Shown: one piece after another, positions 35,803 through 46,438 of the stretch | Layout: each line of letters opens with the position of its first letter | Numbering within the stretch: position 1 is the first letter of the stretch | Position numbers and translations under genes: made by a program | Source of the DNA: Terriglobia bacterium | GTDB taxonomy: Bacteria > Acidobacteriota > Terriglobia > JAJPHL01 > JAPKYU01 | Length of the DNA: 64,000 bases | Direction: 5' to 3' | Assembly: GCA_965223005.1 (NCBI GenBank) | Contig: CBDCVK010000006.1 | Coordinates: forward strand, 1 to 64,000 | The notes under the pieces: model-generated | What the model was told of the DNA's origin: nothing | Seen by the model: only the letters and a program-made list of their open reading frames with translations | Databases searched by the model: none

Positions 35803-36588
35803 GTGAAATCCATTATTGAATGGAGAAGATGGGGCCAGACGGACCCACTCTATGCTGCTGTATCTTGGCCTGGTAAGCAAAAGACAGGCGTTCATCCCTG
35901 GACAGAGGAGGAGTTTCTTGCCACGGGTGCCCTGGATTGGGAAAACTACCGGCAGCAGTGGCAGCAGTATGGACTGAACAAAAGCAGTTGTGTGGAGATC
36001 GGCTGCGGCCCGGGACGCATGATCCTTCCCTTAAGCCGCCATTTCGAGAGATTTTACGCAGTGGACATCTCCGAGGAGATGATTCGCTATGCTCGTCCTC
36101 ACGTCGAAGAAAAGTCCGTCCATTTTTGCATCGCTGGCGGAAACGCACTGCCGCTCTCGAGTCGCTCAGTTTGTTCGGTGTTTTCTACGCAAGTATTTCA
36201 GCACTTCGACCACGTTTCCCAGGGGGCGGCCTGCTTCGGAGAGATCTTTCGCATCCTTGCGCCGTGTGGAACAATGATGGTTCAGTTGCCGCTCTGCGCC
36301 TGGCCGCGGCTACACTGGCTCTATCGCCCCGTCTATGTTCTTCAAAAGGCTTTGGGGCAATTCAGAGCCGATTGTCGGAGATACCGGCTCCGGCGCGGGC
36401 AAGGAAAATTGTTCATGCGAATGTTGTCTTACGAAGTAGGCTGGCTTTACACAACCCTCTCGGGAATAGGATTCGAGAACATCCAAGTTCGAATCTTCCC
36501 GCTAAACGTCATTCAGGGCTGGAACGTGTCCTGCGTGCTCGCCAGTAAGCCCGGCCAGAATCAGGGCAAAGCAAACCTGGGTCAGTGA
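35803..36588 (+). CDS. Class I SAM-dependent methyltransferase
   Basis: VEIGCGPGR motif I, VDIS.EM, VFQH; visibly AT-richer codons. Confidence 0.85.
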   Translation: MKSIIEWRRWGQTDPLYAAVSWPGKQKTGVHPWTEEEFLATGALDWENYRQQWQQYGLNKSSCVEIGCGPGRMILPLSRHFERFYAVDISEEMIRYARPHVEEKSVHFCIAGGNALPLSSRSVCSVFSTQVFQHFDHVSQGAACFGEIFRILAPCGTMMVQLPLCAWPRLHWLYRPVYVLQKALGQFRADCRRYRLRRGQGKLFMRMLSYEVGWLYTTLSGIGFENIQVRIFPLNVIQGWNVSCVLASKPGQNQGKANLGQ

Positions 36589-36724
36589 GATTTTGGCGCG
36601 ACGCAACTGAGGAGTAGCTGCTTCAAGACCCCGCCCTCCATGCTCCTGTTTCATTCCAACGACCGGCGTCCATGCAGGATTGTGGCTCGACCTTGGCTGC
36701 GCGAACCCGTTATGATACGGCGCC

Positions 36725-38008
36725 ATGGCTAAGGCGGGCGGAACTCCGCTGCACCAGAAGATTCTCTACGGGATGGTGGCCGGCGCCGGCGCCGGCCTGG
36801 TTGCAAACTGGGCGTGGGGACCAACAGAGGGGCTGCAAGACTTCGTCCGCACAGTCACCTACCCGGCCGGCCAGATTTTCCTGCGCCTGATCTTCATGGT
36901 AGTGATCCCGCTCATCTTCTCAGCACTGGTGCTGGGAGTGGCGGAGCTGGGCGACGTGCGCAGGCTGGGCCGAGTGGGCCTGAAGACTGTCGTCTTCACT
37001 CTAGTGCTCAGCAGCCTCTCGGTGCTGATTGGGATTACCCTGGTCAACCTGATCCGGCCGGGTGTCGGCATGCAGGAGGCCGACAAAGCCAATTTGCTGG
37101 AGATTCTCGGCCGCTCGGCGGCTGACATCGAGCCGCCGCCACCGAAGGCGGGCATCGAAATTGTGCTCGACCTGATTCCCGCGAACCCCTTGCAGGCGAT
37201 GGTGAACGCTTTTCAGGGCGAGATGGTTGCGGTGATGGTCTTCTCGCTCCTCATGGGCATTGCCGTCACACTGTGCCCGCGCGAGCGCGTCCAGCCCCTG
37301 ATCAGCTTGCTTCAGGCCGTTTACGAGGTGGTGATGAAGGTGATCGGGCTGGCGATGAAGCTGGCCCCCTACGGTGTGGCGGCGCTGCTGTTCAGCCTGA
37401 CGGCGCGCTTCGGCTTCGAGATTCTTCAAAAGCTGGCCTGGTACGTCGGTGTCGTCATCGGCGGGCTGGCGTTGCACATGTTTGTTGTGTACTCGCTCTT
37501 TTTGAGATACGCGGTTGGGTATTCGCCCCGCCAGTTCTTCCGGCGCACCCGGGAGATTCTGTTGACGGGTTTCGCCACCTCTTCGAGTAACGCGACCCTG
37601 CCGGTCACCCTGCGGGTGGCCGAGCAGGAGCTGGGCGTGCCACGCCAGATCGGCGGCTTTGTGCTGACGGTGGGCTCGACCGCCAACCAGAACGGCACCG
37701 CGCTCTACGAGGGGGTCACCGTGTTGTTCCTGGCACAGTTCTTCGGCGTGGACTTGAGCTTGGGCGCACAGGTCAGCGTGGTGCTGCTTTCCATTCTGGC
37801 GGGAGTGGGTACTGCCGGCGTGCCGGGCGGCTCGCTGCCCATGGTGGGGGCCCTGCTGGTGACGGTGGGCGTGCCCTGGGAGGGCTTGGGGATCATCCTG
37901 GGAGTGGACCGCCTGCTGGACATGTGCCGCACCGTGCTCAACATCACCGGCGACGTGGTCACGGCCGCCTACGTCGCCCGCTCCGAAGGCCACACGCTGC
38001 GCGCCTGA
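36725..38008 (+). CDS. Dicarboxylate/amino acid:cation symporter (DAACS, GltP-like)
   Basis: FLRLIFMVV.PL, TSSSNATLP, GSTANQNGTALY, GTAGVPG, DR.LDMCRT..N.TGD. Confidence 0.95.
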   Translation: MAKAGGTPLHQKILYGMVAGAGAGLVANWAWGPTEGLQDFVRTVTYPAGQIFLRLIFMVVIPLIFSALVLGVAELGDVRRLGRVGLKTVVFTLVLSSLSVLIGITLVNLIRPGVGMQEADKANLLEILGRSAADIEPPPPKAGIEIVLDLIPANPLQAMVNAFQGEMVAVMVFSLLMGIAVTLCPRERVQPLISLLQAVYEVVMKVIGLAMKLAPYGVAALLFSLTARFGFEILQKLAWYVGVVIGGLALHMFVVYSLFLRYAVGYSPRQFFRRTREILLTGFATSSSNATLPVTLRVAEQELGVPRQIGGFVLTVGSTANQNGTALYEGVTVLFLAQFFGVDLSLGAQVSVVLLSILAGVGTAGVPGGSLPMVGALLVTVGVPWEGLGIILGVDRLLDMCRTVLNITGDVVTAAYVARSEGHTLRA

Positions 38009-38093
38009 CCCCGCACGTCCACATAGCGAGTTTCAGACTGCCACAGTGCCCTTGAGCCCGGGGTTACAATTGACCGAGAGTTGCCTGAGTTCG

Positions 38094-39086
38094 ATGGCAT
38101 CGAAAGCAAGCGCAGCCGACTTCACTATTCTCAGCCAAGACTTTGAGCCTGCCTACATGGCTCTACACCGCAGCGGCGAGCTGCGCCGGCGAGCCGAGGA
38201 GGCGGTGACGCGGCTGTCGCACTGCCTGGTCTGCCCGCGCAACTGCGGCGTGGATCGCACGGTCGACAAGACCGCCGCCTGCCACACCGGCCGCTACGCC
38301 CAGGTGAGCAGCCACTTTCCACACTTCGGCGAGGAGAACTGCCTGCGGGGCTCGCGGGGCAGCGGCACCATTTTCTTTTCGATGTGCAACCTGCGCTGCG
38401 TCTTCTGCCAGAACTACGACATCAGCCAGGCGCACCGCGGACCGGAGACGCCGCCCGAGCAGCTTGCGGAGATGATGCTGGAGCTGCAGGCCCAAGGCTG
38501 CCACAACGTCAATTTCGTTACCCCGGAGCACGTGGTGCCCGAGGTGCTCGAGGCGTTGCCGATCGCTGTTGAGGCAGGCCTGCGGTTGCCCATCGTCTAC
38601 AACACCTCAGCTTACGACTCCCTCGACAGCCTCCACCTGCTGGACGGCGTCGTGGACGTCTACATGCCGGACTTCAAGTTCTGGGACCCCGAGCTTTCCC
38701 TCCGCTACATGAAGGCCAGGGACTATCCGGAGGCGGCGCGACGGACCATCCGGGAGATGCACCGGCAGGTGGGCGCGCTGAAGTTCGACGAGCGGGGCAT
38801 GGCCAAGCGAGGCGTGCTGGTGCGGCACCTGATCATGCCGGGTGAGATTGCCAGCAGCGCCTCCATCATGCGCTTTCTGGCCGAGGAAATCTCGCCCGAC
38901 ACCTACGTCAACATCATGGACCAGTACTACCCGGCGGGGCGCGTTGCGGGCGCCCAGTTCGCGGAAATCGGTCGCGGAATTAGCGAAGGCGAATACGAGT
39001 GGGCTCTGGAAGCCGCACGGGCAGCCGGTTTGTGGCGCCTCGATCACCGCCGCTCCCACTCCTCCCGCATCCCCTGGTGGAACTAA
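38094..39086 (+). CDS. PflX-family radical SAM protein
   Basis: C..CPR.C.VDR, HFGEE, GSGTIFF, CNLRCVFCQN, N.VTP.H, YMPDFK, VRHL..P. Confidence 0.9.
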   Translation: MASKASAADFTILSQDFEPAYMALHRSGELRRRAEEAVTRLSHCLVCPRNCGVDRTVDKTAACHTGRYAQVSSHFPHFGEENCLRGSRGSGTIFFSMCNLRCVFCQNYDISQAHRGPETPPEQLAEMMLELQAQGCHNVNFVTPEHVVPEVLEALPIAVEAGLRLPIVYNTSAYDSLDSLHLLDGVVDVYMPDFKFWDPELSLRYMKARDYPEAARRTIREMHRQVGALKFDERGMAKRGVLVRHLIMPGEIASSASIMRFLAEEISPDTYVNIMDQYYPAGRVAGAQFAEIGRGISEGEYEWALEAARAAGLWRLDHRRSHSSRIPWWN

Positions 39087-39125
39087 TTCGCCAGGGGGAG
39101 ACATCAGCAAGCCAGGACGAAAGAG

Positions 39126-39479
39126 ATGACACAAGAAGCGGCATTGAAACACATCAAGCAGGCTTGGGTGGCCGGCATCATCTCAGCAGGGATTACGCTG
39201 TTGGTCATCTTGGTTGCCGCTTCTGGCTCGACGGTTTTCGCCAAACTCGGTGTTGATTGGTGGAGCCTGATCGACGTCGTAACCGTTCTTGGTCTCTCGT
39301 TCGGCCTATACAAAAAGAGCCGCATTTGTGCTGTGCTGCTGTTCGTCTATTTTGTCGGTTCAAAGATCATCCTGTGGGCGACGATGGGCAACGTGCGAGG
39401 GGTGACCATGGCAATTTTGTTCGGCTATTTCTTTTTCCAAGGGATTCGAGGGACATTCGCCTACCATTCCTTGAGTTGA
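39126..39479 (+). CDS. Small hypothetical membrane protein (about 4 TM)
   Basis: 117-aa hydrophobic ORF filling the intergenic space. Confidence 0.75.
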   Translation: MTQEAALKHIKQAWVAGIISAGITLLVILVAASGSTVFAKLGVDWWSLIDVVTVLGLSFGLYKKSRICAVLLFVYFVGSKIILWATMGNVRGVTMAILFGYFFFQGIRGTFAYHSLS

Positions 39480-39510
39480 GCAAACTCTCCAAGAAAGGCA
39501 GGGTTCTGGA

Positions 39511-39993
39511 ATGCCTAAGTGGTTGTGGATACTGGGAGGATCGGTCACGTTTGTGGTCGTTGTTCTACTAAGCCTCGTCATATATGTGGGTATCGTCGGC
39601 CCGGATATTGAGGTTGTTCCCGGCGCCCAGTTGCCCGAGAGATTCCTTTCAAAGATTCGCGCGTTGGATTTACTTGAACCTGGAGAGCAGGTTAAGTTTT
39701 TCTATTCCGATGCACTCGTCAACATAGAAGATGGCTTCTACCTTTTCACCGAGCGCAAGGTGGTCGTTTATAAGAGTGAATATGAGCAACCAGCCCTGAT
39801 TCTTCCTTTCGCAGAGATAAAAGACATGGACATAGAATTCTCTGAGTCCACGTTTTGGGAGGACAGCCAAGTCTACCTGACACTGGCCGATAATAGCGTC
39901 GTTTCGTTTCCGGTTTCCAGTGAAAGCGGAGGAGACAAGAGATTCTATGAAGCCTTAAAGGGAACGTGGGACTCGTTCGCCAAGCAGGAATAA
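39511..39993 (+). CDS. Hypothetical membrane-anchored protein (possible PH-like domain)
   Basis: N-terminal TM, then LEPGEQV.FFYS..FTERKV pattern. Confidence 0.75.
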   Translation: MPKWLWILGGSVTFVVVVLLSLVIYVGIVGPDIEVVPGAQLPERFLSKIRALDLLEPGEQVKFFYSDALVNIEDGFYLFTERKVVVYKSEYEQPALILPFAEIKDMDIEFSESTFWEDSQVYLTLADNSVVSFPVSSESGGDKRFYEALKGTWDSFAKQE

Positions 39994-40025
39994 GTGAGCC
40001 AGGTGCACTGGCTCGAGAAAGCGAG

Positions 40026-41387
40026 TTATGAAAGGGTTTCGAGGACGCGGCGGAGGGTGGATTCCTGGTGGGGGAGCACGGTACGCAGGTCGAGCAGGAC
40101 GCGGTCCTGCTCGACTCGGGCAATCACCGGTGGAGTGGAGGCCCGCAGGCGTGCCTCCACCTCGGTAGCGCTCAGCGCGGGGTGCGCGAGGGCGATCAGT
40201 GTGGTCGTGAGCGACTGGCCGGGGGTGGAACCGCCGCCCACCACCGACTTGCCAGGCACCAGCTCCACCGGCAGCGACAGTCCGGCGACCAGCGCGCGGG
40301 CGCGCGCGGCAATCTCGTCGGAGCTGGCACGGATCATGTGCATCACGGGTAGCGCGTTGAGCTCGCCGCGCAAGTAAATCGCCAGCGTGGCTTCGAGCGC
40401 TGCGTAGGTCATCTTGTCCACACGCAGGGCACGAAAGAGTGGGTTGCGGCGAACCTGCTCGACCAAATCCTGCCGGCCGGCGATGATGCCCGCCTGCGGC
40501 CCGCCCAGCAACTTGTCGCCACTGAAGCTGACCAGGTCGGCGCCAGCCTTCAGGCTGTCGCCGGCCAGCGGCTCGTCGATGATCCCGAAGGGACGCAAAT
40601 CCACCAAGCAGCCGCTGCCCAGGTCTTCGAACACGGGCACGCCCGCGCGGCGACCCAACCCGACAAGTTCCTCAAGCGAGGGACGTTCGGTAAAGCCCAC
40701 GATGCGGTAGTTGCTGGGGTGGACTCGGAGCAACAAGCGGGTCCGGCCCGGCACGATAGCGGTCTCGTAATCGGCCAGGCGAGTGCGGTTGGTGGTGCCC
40801 ACCTCGCGCCGCACCGCACCGCTCTTGGCCATCACGTCGGGAATGCGAAACGAGTCGCCAATCTCGATCAGCTCGCCGCGCGAGACCACAACCTCGCCAC
40901 CCTCGGCCAGCGTGTTCAGCACCAGCAGCAGTGCGGCGGCATTGTTGTTGACCACCACCGCTGGCGCCCCCAGCAGTTGGCGGAGCAGGCGGGCGGTGTG
41001 CACGTCGCGCTTGCCGCGCTTGCCCCGACCCAGATCGTACTCCAAGTTGCTGTAGGAGCCAGCGGCCTCACCTACCCGTGCCACGGCGCCGGCCGCCAGC
41101 GGCGCGCGCCCCAGATTAGTGTGCAAGATGACTCCGGTGGCGTTAATCACCGTGCCCAACGACGGCTCCAGCGCGTTCCGGACCCGCTCAGCGATGCGCG
41201 CTTCCAGGTTGGCCAGCGGGTGTTCTCCTCCCGTGCCGGAGCGGATTTCGGCGCGCACTTCCTCCAGCACCTCGCGTACGCGTTCTGCCACGTAGCCGCG
41301 GCTGACTTGTGCGGCCAGCGCCGACAGTTCCGGCCGGCCCAGTAGTTCATCCACTGAAGGAATTTCGCGGAGCAGAGAAGTTTTCAT
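40026..41387 (-). CDS. selA: L-seryl-tRNA(Sec) selenium transferase
   Basis: INATGVILHTNLGRAPL, NLEYDL..G.RG.R, VNNNAAA, EVGTTNRT, DLGSG, FSGDKLLGGPQAG. Confidence 0.97.
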   Translation of the reverse strand: MKTSLLREIPSVDELLGRPELSALAAQVSRGYVAERVREVLEEVRAEIRSGTGGEHPLANLEARIAERVRNALEPSLGTVINATGVILHTNLGRAPLAAGAVARVGEAAGSYSNLEYDLGRGKRGKRDVHTARLLRQLLGAPAVVVNNNAAALLLVLNTLAEGGEVVVSRGELIEIGDSFRIPDVMAKSGAVRREVGTTNRTRLADYETAIVPGRTRLLLRVHPSNYRIVGFTERPSLEELVGLGRRAGVPVFEDLGSGCLVDLRPFGIIDEPLAGDSLKAGADLVSFSGDKLLGGPQAGIIAGRQDLVEQVRRNPLFRALRVDKMTYAALEATLAIYLRGELNALPVMHMIRASSDEIAARARALVAGLSLPVELVPGKSVVGGGSTPGQSLTTTLIALAHPALSATEVEARLRASTPPVIARVEQDRVLLDLRTVLPHQESTLRRVLETLS

Positions 41388-41573
41388 ACCCACGTTGCGG
41401 GCGCTTGCCAGTCCGCCACGAGGCATCGGAACGGGCCAGACATGCGTTCAACCCGCAGGAGCAACTCGAGTATAGCACTGCTTATAACATTGCTGAATGC
41501 GCGGCGGTTCAGCTATGCTGACTATAAGCGGAGTGGAATGGTCAAGCTCCCAGTGCGGAGTGTGGAGTAGGTG

Positions 41574-43127
41574 ATGCGCAAGAAGAACGGCGATACCGTG
41601 AAGCAGCGTGTGTTGATCTTGGGGCTGCTGCTGCTGATGGCTGCGCCGGCGGCTGGGCAGTCACTGGAAGAGTTTGAGAAAACAGTCACTGAGTTTACGC
41701 TGGCCAACGGGATGCATTTCATCGTGGTGGAGCGGCATGAGGTGCCCATTGTGGCCTTCCACACGTATATGGACGTGGGCGCGGTGGACGAGAACATCGG
41801 CCAAACCGGCGTCGCCCACCTGTTCGAGCACATGGCGTTCAAGGGCACCCGCACCATTGGTACGAAGAACTACAAGAAGGAGAAGGAGGCGCTGGAGAAG
41901 CTGGACGCGGCCTACCGGGCGCTCGAAACCGAGCGGGCCAGGGGCCAACGGCCTGACTCCGCCCGCCTGAAGGAGCTTGAAGAAGCTTTCCGCAAAGCGC
42001 AGGAGGAGGCGGGTAGCTTCGTGGTCACTGACGAGTTTATGGAGATCGTGGAGCGCGCGGGCGGTGTGGGACTCAATGCATCGACCTCCTCCGACGCCAC
42101 CCGCTACTTTTTCTCCCTACCGTCCAACAAGCTGGAACTCTGGTTCGCGCTGGAGTCGCTGCGCTTCCTGGAGCCGGTGGCTCGTGAATTTTACAAGGAG
42201 CGCAACGTGGTGATGGAAGAGCGGCGGATGCGCACCGAAAGCCGACCCTTCGGCAAGCTGATCGAAGAGTTCCTCGCCATTGCCTACAAAGCGCACCCCT
42301 ATGGGCAGCCGGTGGTTGGGCACCGCAGCGAACTCACGCGGCTGCGGCGGAGCGAGGCCGCGGAATTTTTCCGCAAGCACTACGTGGCGCAGGCCATGAC
42401 GGCGGTAATTGTGGGTGACGCGGACCCTCAGCAGGTCCGGCGGCTAGCCGAGACGTACTTCGGGCGGCTAGCCAAGCGCCCGCGGCCCGAGCCGGTGCGC
42501 ACCGTGGAGCCGCCGCAGGAGGGCGAGCGCCGGGTCATGGTGGAGGCCGCCTCCCAGCCCTATGTTTTGGTCGGCTATCACCGGCCAGGAGTAAAACACC
42601 CGGACAGCGCCACCCTGGACGTCATCAGTGACGTCCTGGGCGGCGGCCGTACCTCCTGGCTTTACAAGAGCCTGGTGAAGGAGAAGAAGATCGCAGTGGC
42701 CGCCTCGGCCTTCACCGGCTTTCCGGGCTACAAGTATCCCGGCCTGTTCCTCTTCTTCGCCGTCCCCTCGGCTGGGCACACTGCCGAAGAGGTGGAGAAG
42801 GCTTTGGATGAACAGATCGAGCGCATCAAAAAGGAACAAGTTCCGTCCGAGCGGCTGGAGCAGGTGAAGCGGCGGGCGCGGGCCACGGTCCTGCGCGGGT
42901 TGCGCTCCAACGGCGGCCTGGCCTCTGCACTGGCCATGAATCAGGCGCTGCTCGGCGACTGGCGCTATCTGTTCCGCGACCTGGACGCCATCGAAAAAGT
43001 CACAGCCGAGGATGTGCAACAGGCCGCCCATCGATACTTTCAGCGCAAGAACCGGACCGTGGGAGTGATCGTGCCGGCCGAGTCCGCGGCACCGACGGCA
43101 CAGAGCGATTCAACGAAAAGCGACTAG
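41574..43127 (+). CDS. M16 (pitrilysin-family) zinc peptidase, catalytic subunit
   Basis: Signal peptide; inverted zinc motif HLFEH, NASTS.D.T.Y, ER.VV.EERR. Confidence 0.93.
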   Translation: MRKKNGDTVKQRVLILGLLLLMAAPAAGQSLEEFEKTVTEFTLANGMHFIVVERHEVPIVAFHTYMDVGAVDENIGQTGVAHLFEHMAFKGTRTIGTKNYKKEKEALEKLDAAYRALETERARGQRPDSARLKELEEAFRKAQEEAGSFVVTDEFMEIVERAGGVGLNASTSSDATRYFFSLPSNKLELWFALESLRFLEPVAREFYKERNVVMEERRMRTESRPFGKLIEEFLAIAYKAHPYGQPVVGHRSELTRLRRSEAAEFFRKHYVAQAMTAVIVGDADPQQVRRLAETYFGRLAKRPRPEPVRTVEPPQEGERRVMVEAASQPYVLVGYHRPGVKHPDSATLDVISDVLGGGRTSWLYKSLVKEKKIAVAASAFTGFPGYKYPGLFLFFAVPSAGHTAEEVEKALDEQIERIKKEQVPSERLEQVKRRARATVLRGLRSNGGLASALAMNQALLGDWRYLFRDLDAIEKVTAEDVQQAAHRYFQRKNRTVGVIVPAESAAPTAQSDSTKSD

Positions 43128-43233
43128 TGAATCGCCAAGACGTAAAGGCAGCGAGGCAACTTTTAAACACTTCTTCTGGTGGTGTCTTCGCGGCTGATTT
43201 GCTTTTTCCTAGCTGCGAATCGGGGTATTGACG

Positions 43234-45387
43234 ATGACCCGCTGGCTAACGCTGATCTGGATTCTCTGGTTTGGGGTCGTGTCGCCGCTTGCGGCGCAGC
43301 ACAAGGCGAGTACGGCCAAGGACTGGAAGCAGCTCAAGTATCCGCCGCTACGCGACGTCAAGCTCCCGGAGATCAAGCGCTACACGCTCTCGAACGGCAT
43401 CCGCCTGTTCGTGGTGGAGGACCACCGGCTACCGCTGGTCGGCGGCGCGGCGATGATCCATACCGGCAGCCGCTGGGAGCCGGCGGAGAAGACCGGCTTG
43501 GCCAGTATAGCCGGTCAGGTGATGCGCAGCGGCGGCACGGCCACCAAAACCGGCGACGAGCTGGACGAGGAGCTGGAGGCGCTGGCCGCCTCGGTGGAAA
43601 CCGGCATCGGTTTGGGCTCCGGCAGCGCCAGGTTCTCCGCGTTGAAGGGCGATGAGGACCGTGTCCTGGCCATCTTTGCTGATGTACTGATGAACCCGGA
43701 GTTCCGCCAGGACAAGATCGAGCTGGCCAAGACCTTCGTCCGCACTGCCATCTCACGCCGCAACGACGAACCCAGGGGTATCAACGCGCGCGAGTTTCGC
43801 AAGCTGATTTACGGGTCGGAGAGTGCCTACGCTCGCCACACCGAGTATGCCACCATTGACGCCATCCGCCGCGAGGACCTGATCGAGTTTCACCGCCGCT
43901 ATTACCATCCCAACAACGTGATGATCGGCATTTCCGGCGACGTCGACGCCGAGCAAATTCGGCAGAAGGTGGAAGCTGCCTTTGCCGCCTGGAGGCCGGC
44001 GCCCGAGCTCCAACTGCCCCCGCTGCCGCCGGTCGAAGTGAAGCGGAACGCCTCGGTGAACTTCATCCGCAAGCAGGATATCAACCAGACCTCGATTCGC
44101 ATCGGGCATCTGGCTGGGCGGCGCGACGATCCCGACTACTTCGCGCTACGGGTGATGACCCAGATTCTGGCGGCCGGCCCTTCCAGTCGCATGTTCAAGC
44201 GCATTCGTACGGAAATGGGCCTGGCCTACGCGGCCACCGGCTTCTGGGGCGCCCGATATGACCACCCGGGAACCTTTAGTGTGTTTGTCGGGACGAAGTC
44301 GGAGACTACCGTAGAGGCAACTGAAGCAGTGCTGCGCGAGTTGCGGCTCATCCGCGAAACGGAGGTCACCGACGAAGAATTGCAGGTGGCCAAGGAATCG
44401 ATCCTGAACTCATTCGTCTTCAACTTTGCCGATCCCGGCCAGATCATGGGCCGGATCATGACCTACATCTACTTCGGCTATCCGGAGGATTTTCTCCAGC
44501 AATACAAGACCAATGTGGAGAAGGTCACCAAGGCTGAAGTGTTGCGGGTGGCGCGCAAGCATCTGGAGCCGGACAGGCTCACCATCCTGGCGGTGGGCAA
44601 CGACAAGGATTTCGACAGGCCACTTGCAGAACTGGTGCTGGCCGAGGGCAAGGTGAACACCATTGACATTGCGATTCCTGAGGCGCAGCCGGCAATTGCC
44701 GCTGCTCCGGCCACTGCGGCGGCGCTGGAGCGCGGCCGTGCCGTGCTGACGGCGGCACAGGCGGCGGCCGGTGGCCTGGAGCGGCTGCGGGCGATCACCG
44801 ATGTTGCAGTCACCAGTTCGGGCAAAGTCACCACGCCGCGAGGCGAGATGGCTATGAGTAGCCGCGACACCGTTGTCTTTCCCGGTGTACTGCGCAGCGA
44901 ACAGACCCTGCCCTTTGGCACCATGATCACCTACTACGACGGCGACGGCGGCTGGATCAGCACTCCGCGAGGGGTTCGGGACCTGCCTGACCGCAGGAGG
45001 AAGTCGCTGGAAGGCCAGGTCGCGCGAAATACTCTCAACCTGCTGCGCGCGGAAGGTGACTTCACGGTGCAGTTTGAGAAACGCGACAAGGTGGGAGAAA
45101 CCGAAGCCGACGTCATCGCCATCTCCAAAGAAGGGCGGAGCGTACGTTTGTTCGTAGATTCTTCGACCGGCGCCGTTCTGAAAAAAGCCTATCGGGCGCC
45201 GTCGCAAGGGGGCGGCCTGGCCGACATAGAAGAAATTTACTCGGAGTACAAAGAGGTATCTGGCATAAAAGTACCTTTCCGCGTGCAGGTCATTCGAAAC
45301 GGCTCGAATTTCATGGATGCTTCCGTGACCGAAGTGAAGTTCGACACCGGCGTGGATCCCTCCGACCTCTCGAAAAAGCCGCAGTGA
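43234..45387 (+). CDS. M16 peptidase non-catalytic subunit with C-terminal extension
   Basis: M16 fold without HxxEH; R/Y pair (RTEMGLAY); extra ~230-aa beta-rich C-terminal domain. Confidence 0.88.
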   Translation: MTRWLTLIWILWFGVVSPLAAQHKASTAKDWKQLKYPPLRDVKLPEIKRYTLSNGIRLFVVEDHRLPLVGGAAMIHTGSRWEPAEKTGLASIAGQVMRSGGTATKTGDELDEELEALAASVETGIGLGSGSARFSALKGDEDRVLAIFADVLMNPEFRQDKIELAKTFVRTAISRRNDEPRGINAREFRKLIYGSESAYARHTEYATIDAIRREDLIEFHRRYYHPNNVMIGISGDVDAEQIRQKVEAAFAAWRPAPELQLPPLPPVEVKRNASVNFIRKQDINQTSIRIGHLAGRRDDPDYFALRVMTQILAAGPSSRMFKRIRTEMGLAYAATGFWGARYDHPGTFSVFVGTKSETTVEATEAVLRELRLIRETEVTDEELQVAKESILNSFVFNFADPGQIMGRIMTYIYFGYPEDFLQQYKTNVEKVTKAEVLRVARKHLEPDRLTILAVGNDKDFDRPLAELVLAEGKVNTIDIAIPEAQPAIAAAPATAAALERGRAVLTAAQAAAGGLERLRAITDVAVTSSGKVTTPRGEMAMSSRDTVVFPGVLRSEQTLPFGTMITYYDGDGGWISTPRGVRDLPDRRRKSLEGQVARNTLNLLRAEGDFTVQFEKRDKVGETEADVIAISKEGRSVRLFVDSSTGAVLKKAYRAPSQGGGLADIEEIYSEYKEVSGIKVPFRVQVIRNGSNFMDASVTEVKFDTGVDPSDLSKKPQ

Positions 45388-45433
45388 AGATTCGCGTTGA
45401 GGGACCGTTTCGAAACGAGAATCGCCGCTTCTC

Positions 45434-46297
45434 CTATTGGCGGGAGGATGCGATGCCCTCCGCAGCCGGCGCCACTCCGATGAACTTTCGCAGGCGTTCC
45501 AAATAGCGTTCACTGCCGACTACGAAGCTATCCGCGTGCCCGGCTCCCTCGACAGGGAGAAAGGATTTGGGTTCGCGCGCCGCTTGGTAAAGCTCTTGGC
45601 CCATGGGAAAGGGAATGAGCTGGTCCTGTGTGCCGTGCACGATTAGAACGGGACATCGCACCTGCCCGATTTTTCTTAGCGAGTCAAAACGGCTCTTGGG
45701 GACGTATTCCAGCAAGGGAAGGAGCAACATCCGTCGAGCCATCTCACGGGCTGAGGTGAAGGAGCTTTCGACGATCAGACCGCCGCATTCGCGCCGTGAG
45801 GCCAGCTCAACGGCCACCGCCCCGCCCAGCGACTGGCCGTGCAAGAGAATGTCGCGGGGCTTATGACCCTTAACCTCGACCAGGTACTGGTAGGCTGCGT
45901 TTGCGTCCCGATACAGGCCGACCTCGTACGGCGACCCCTCGCTTTTGCCGTAGCCTCGATAGTCCACTTCAAATAGGCTCACCCCGAGGCGCGCGAAGAA
46001 CTGCAAGCGCGACAGGTCGGTGCCAAGGTTGGTGGCGTTGCCATGAAACAGCAGCAGAACCTTGGAAGCGCTGGGACTCGCCAGATACCAGGCGTTCAGC
46101 CGCACATTGTCTTCTGCTCTCAGCCAGACTTCTTCGACCCGCAGGCCGTATTTTTCCGGAAGCGGAAGCTCCACAGAATCGCGGGGAGGAAAATAGATAA
46201 AACGACCCTCAAAGAGGCGAATTCCGACAACCACGAGGGCCAGCCCTGCGGCAATTCCAACGATCACACTCATGACGGACCTAGGCAGGCGTACCAC
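45434..46297 (-). CDS. Alpha/beta hydrolase (ABHD17/Bem46-like)
   Basis: FHGNA, DYRGYG.S.G.P.E, GQSLGG, HG..D, GAGH; start may be 46273. Confidence 0.92.
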   Translation of the reverse strand: MVRLPRSVMSVIVGIAAGLALVVVGIRLFEGRFIYFPPRDSVELPLPEKYGLRVEEVWLRAEDNVRLNAWYLASPSASKVLLLFHGNATNLGTDLSRLQFFARLGVSLFEVDYRGYGKSEGSPYEVGLYRDANAAYQYLVEVKGHKPRDILLHGQSLGGAVAVELASRRECGGLIVESSFTSAREMARRMLLLPLLEYVPKSRFDSLRKIGQVRCPVLIVHGTQDQLIPFPMGQELYQAAREPKSFLPVEGAGHADSFVVGSERYLERLRKFIGVAPAAEGIASSRQ

Positions 46298-46438
46298 GTT
46301 CCGGACTCAGCTTACCCTCTCCGGCACTCTCCGAAGTGTTGCTATCTGTTGGGCTCTACCCGGCGTAGGCAAGCTGGACTTCGGGAGCAAGTCCGAGAAT
46401 TTTGACGGAGCCCGTTCTGTCCGGCTCTCTCTTGCGAC

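Noticed and set aside
39994-41570. tRNA-Sec (selC), selB or selD next to selA
   Set aside because: No cloverleaf/T-loop motif or matching ORF found near selA or elsewhere in the window
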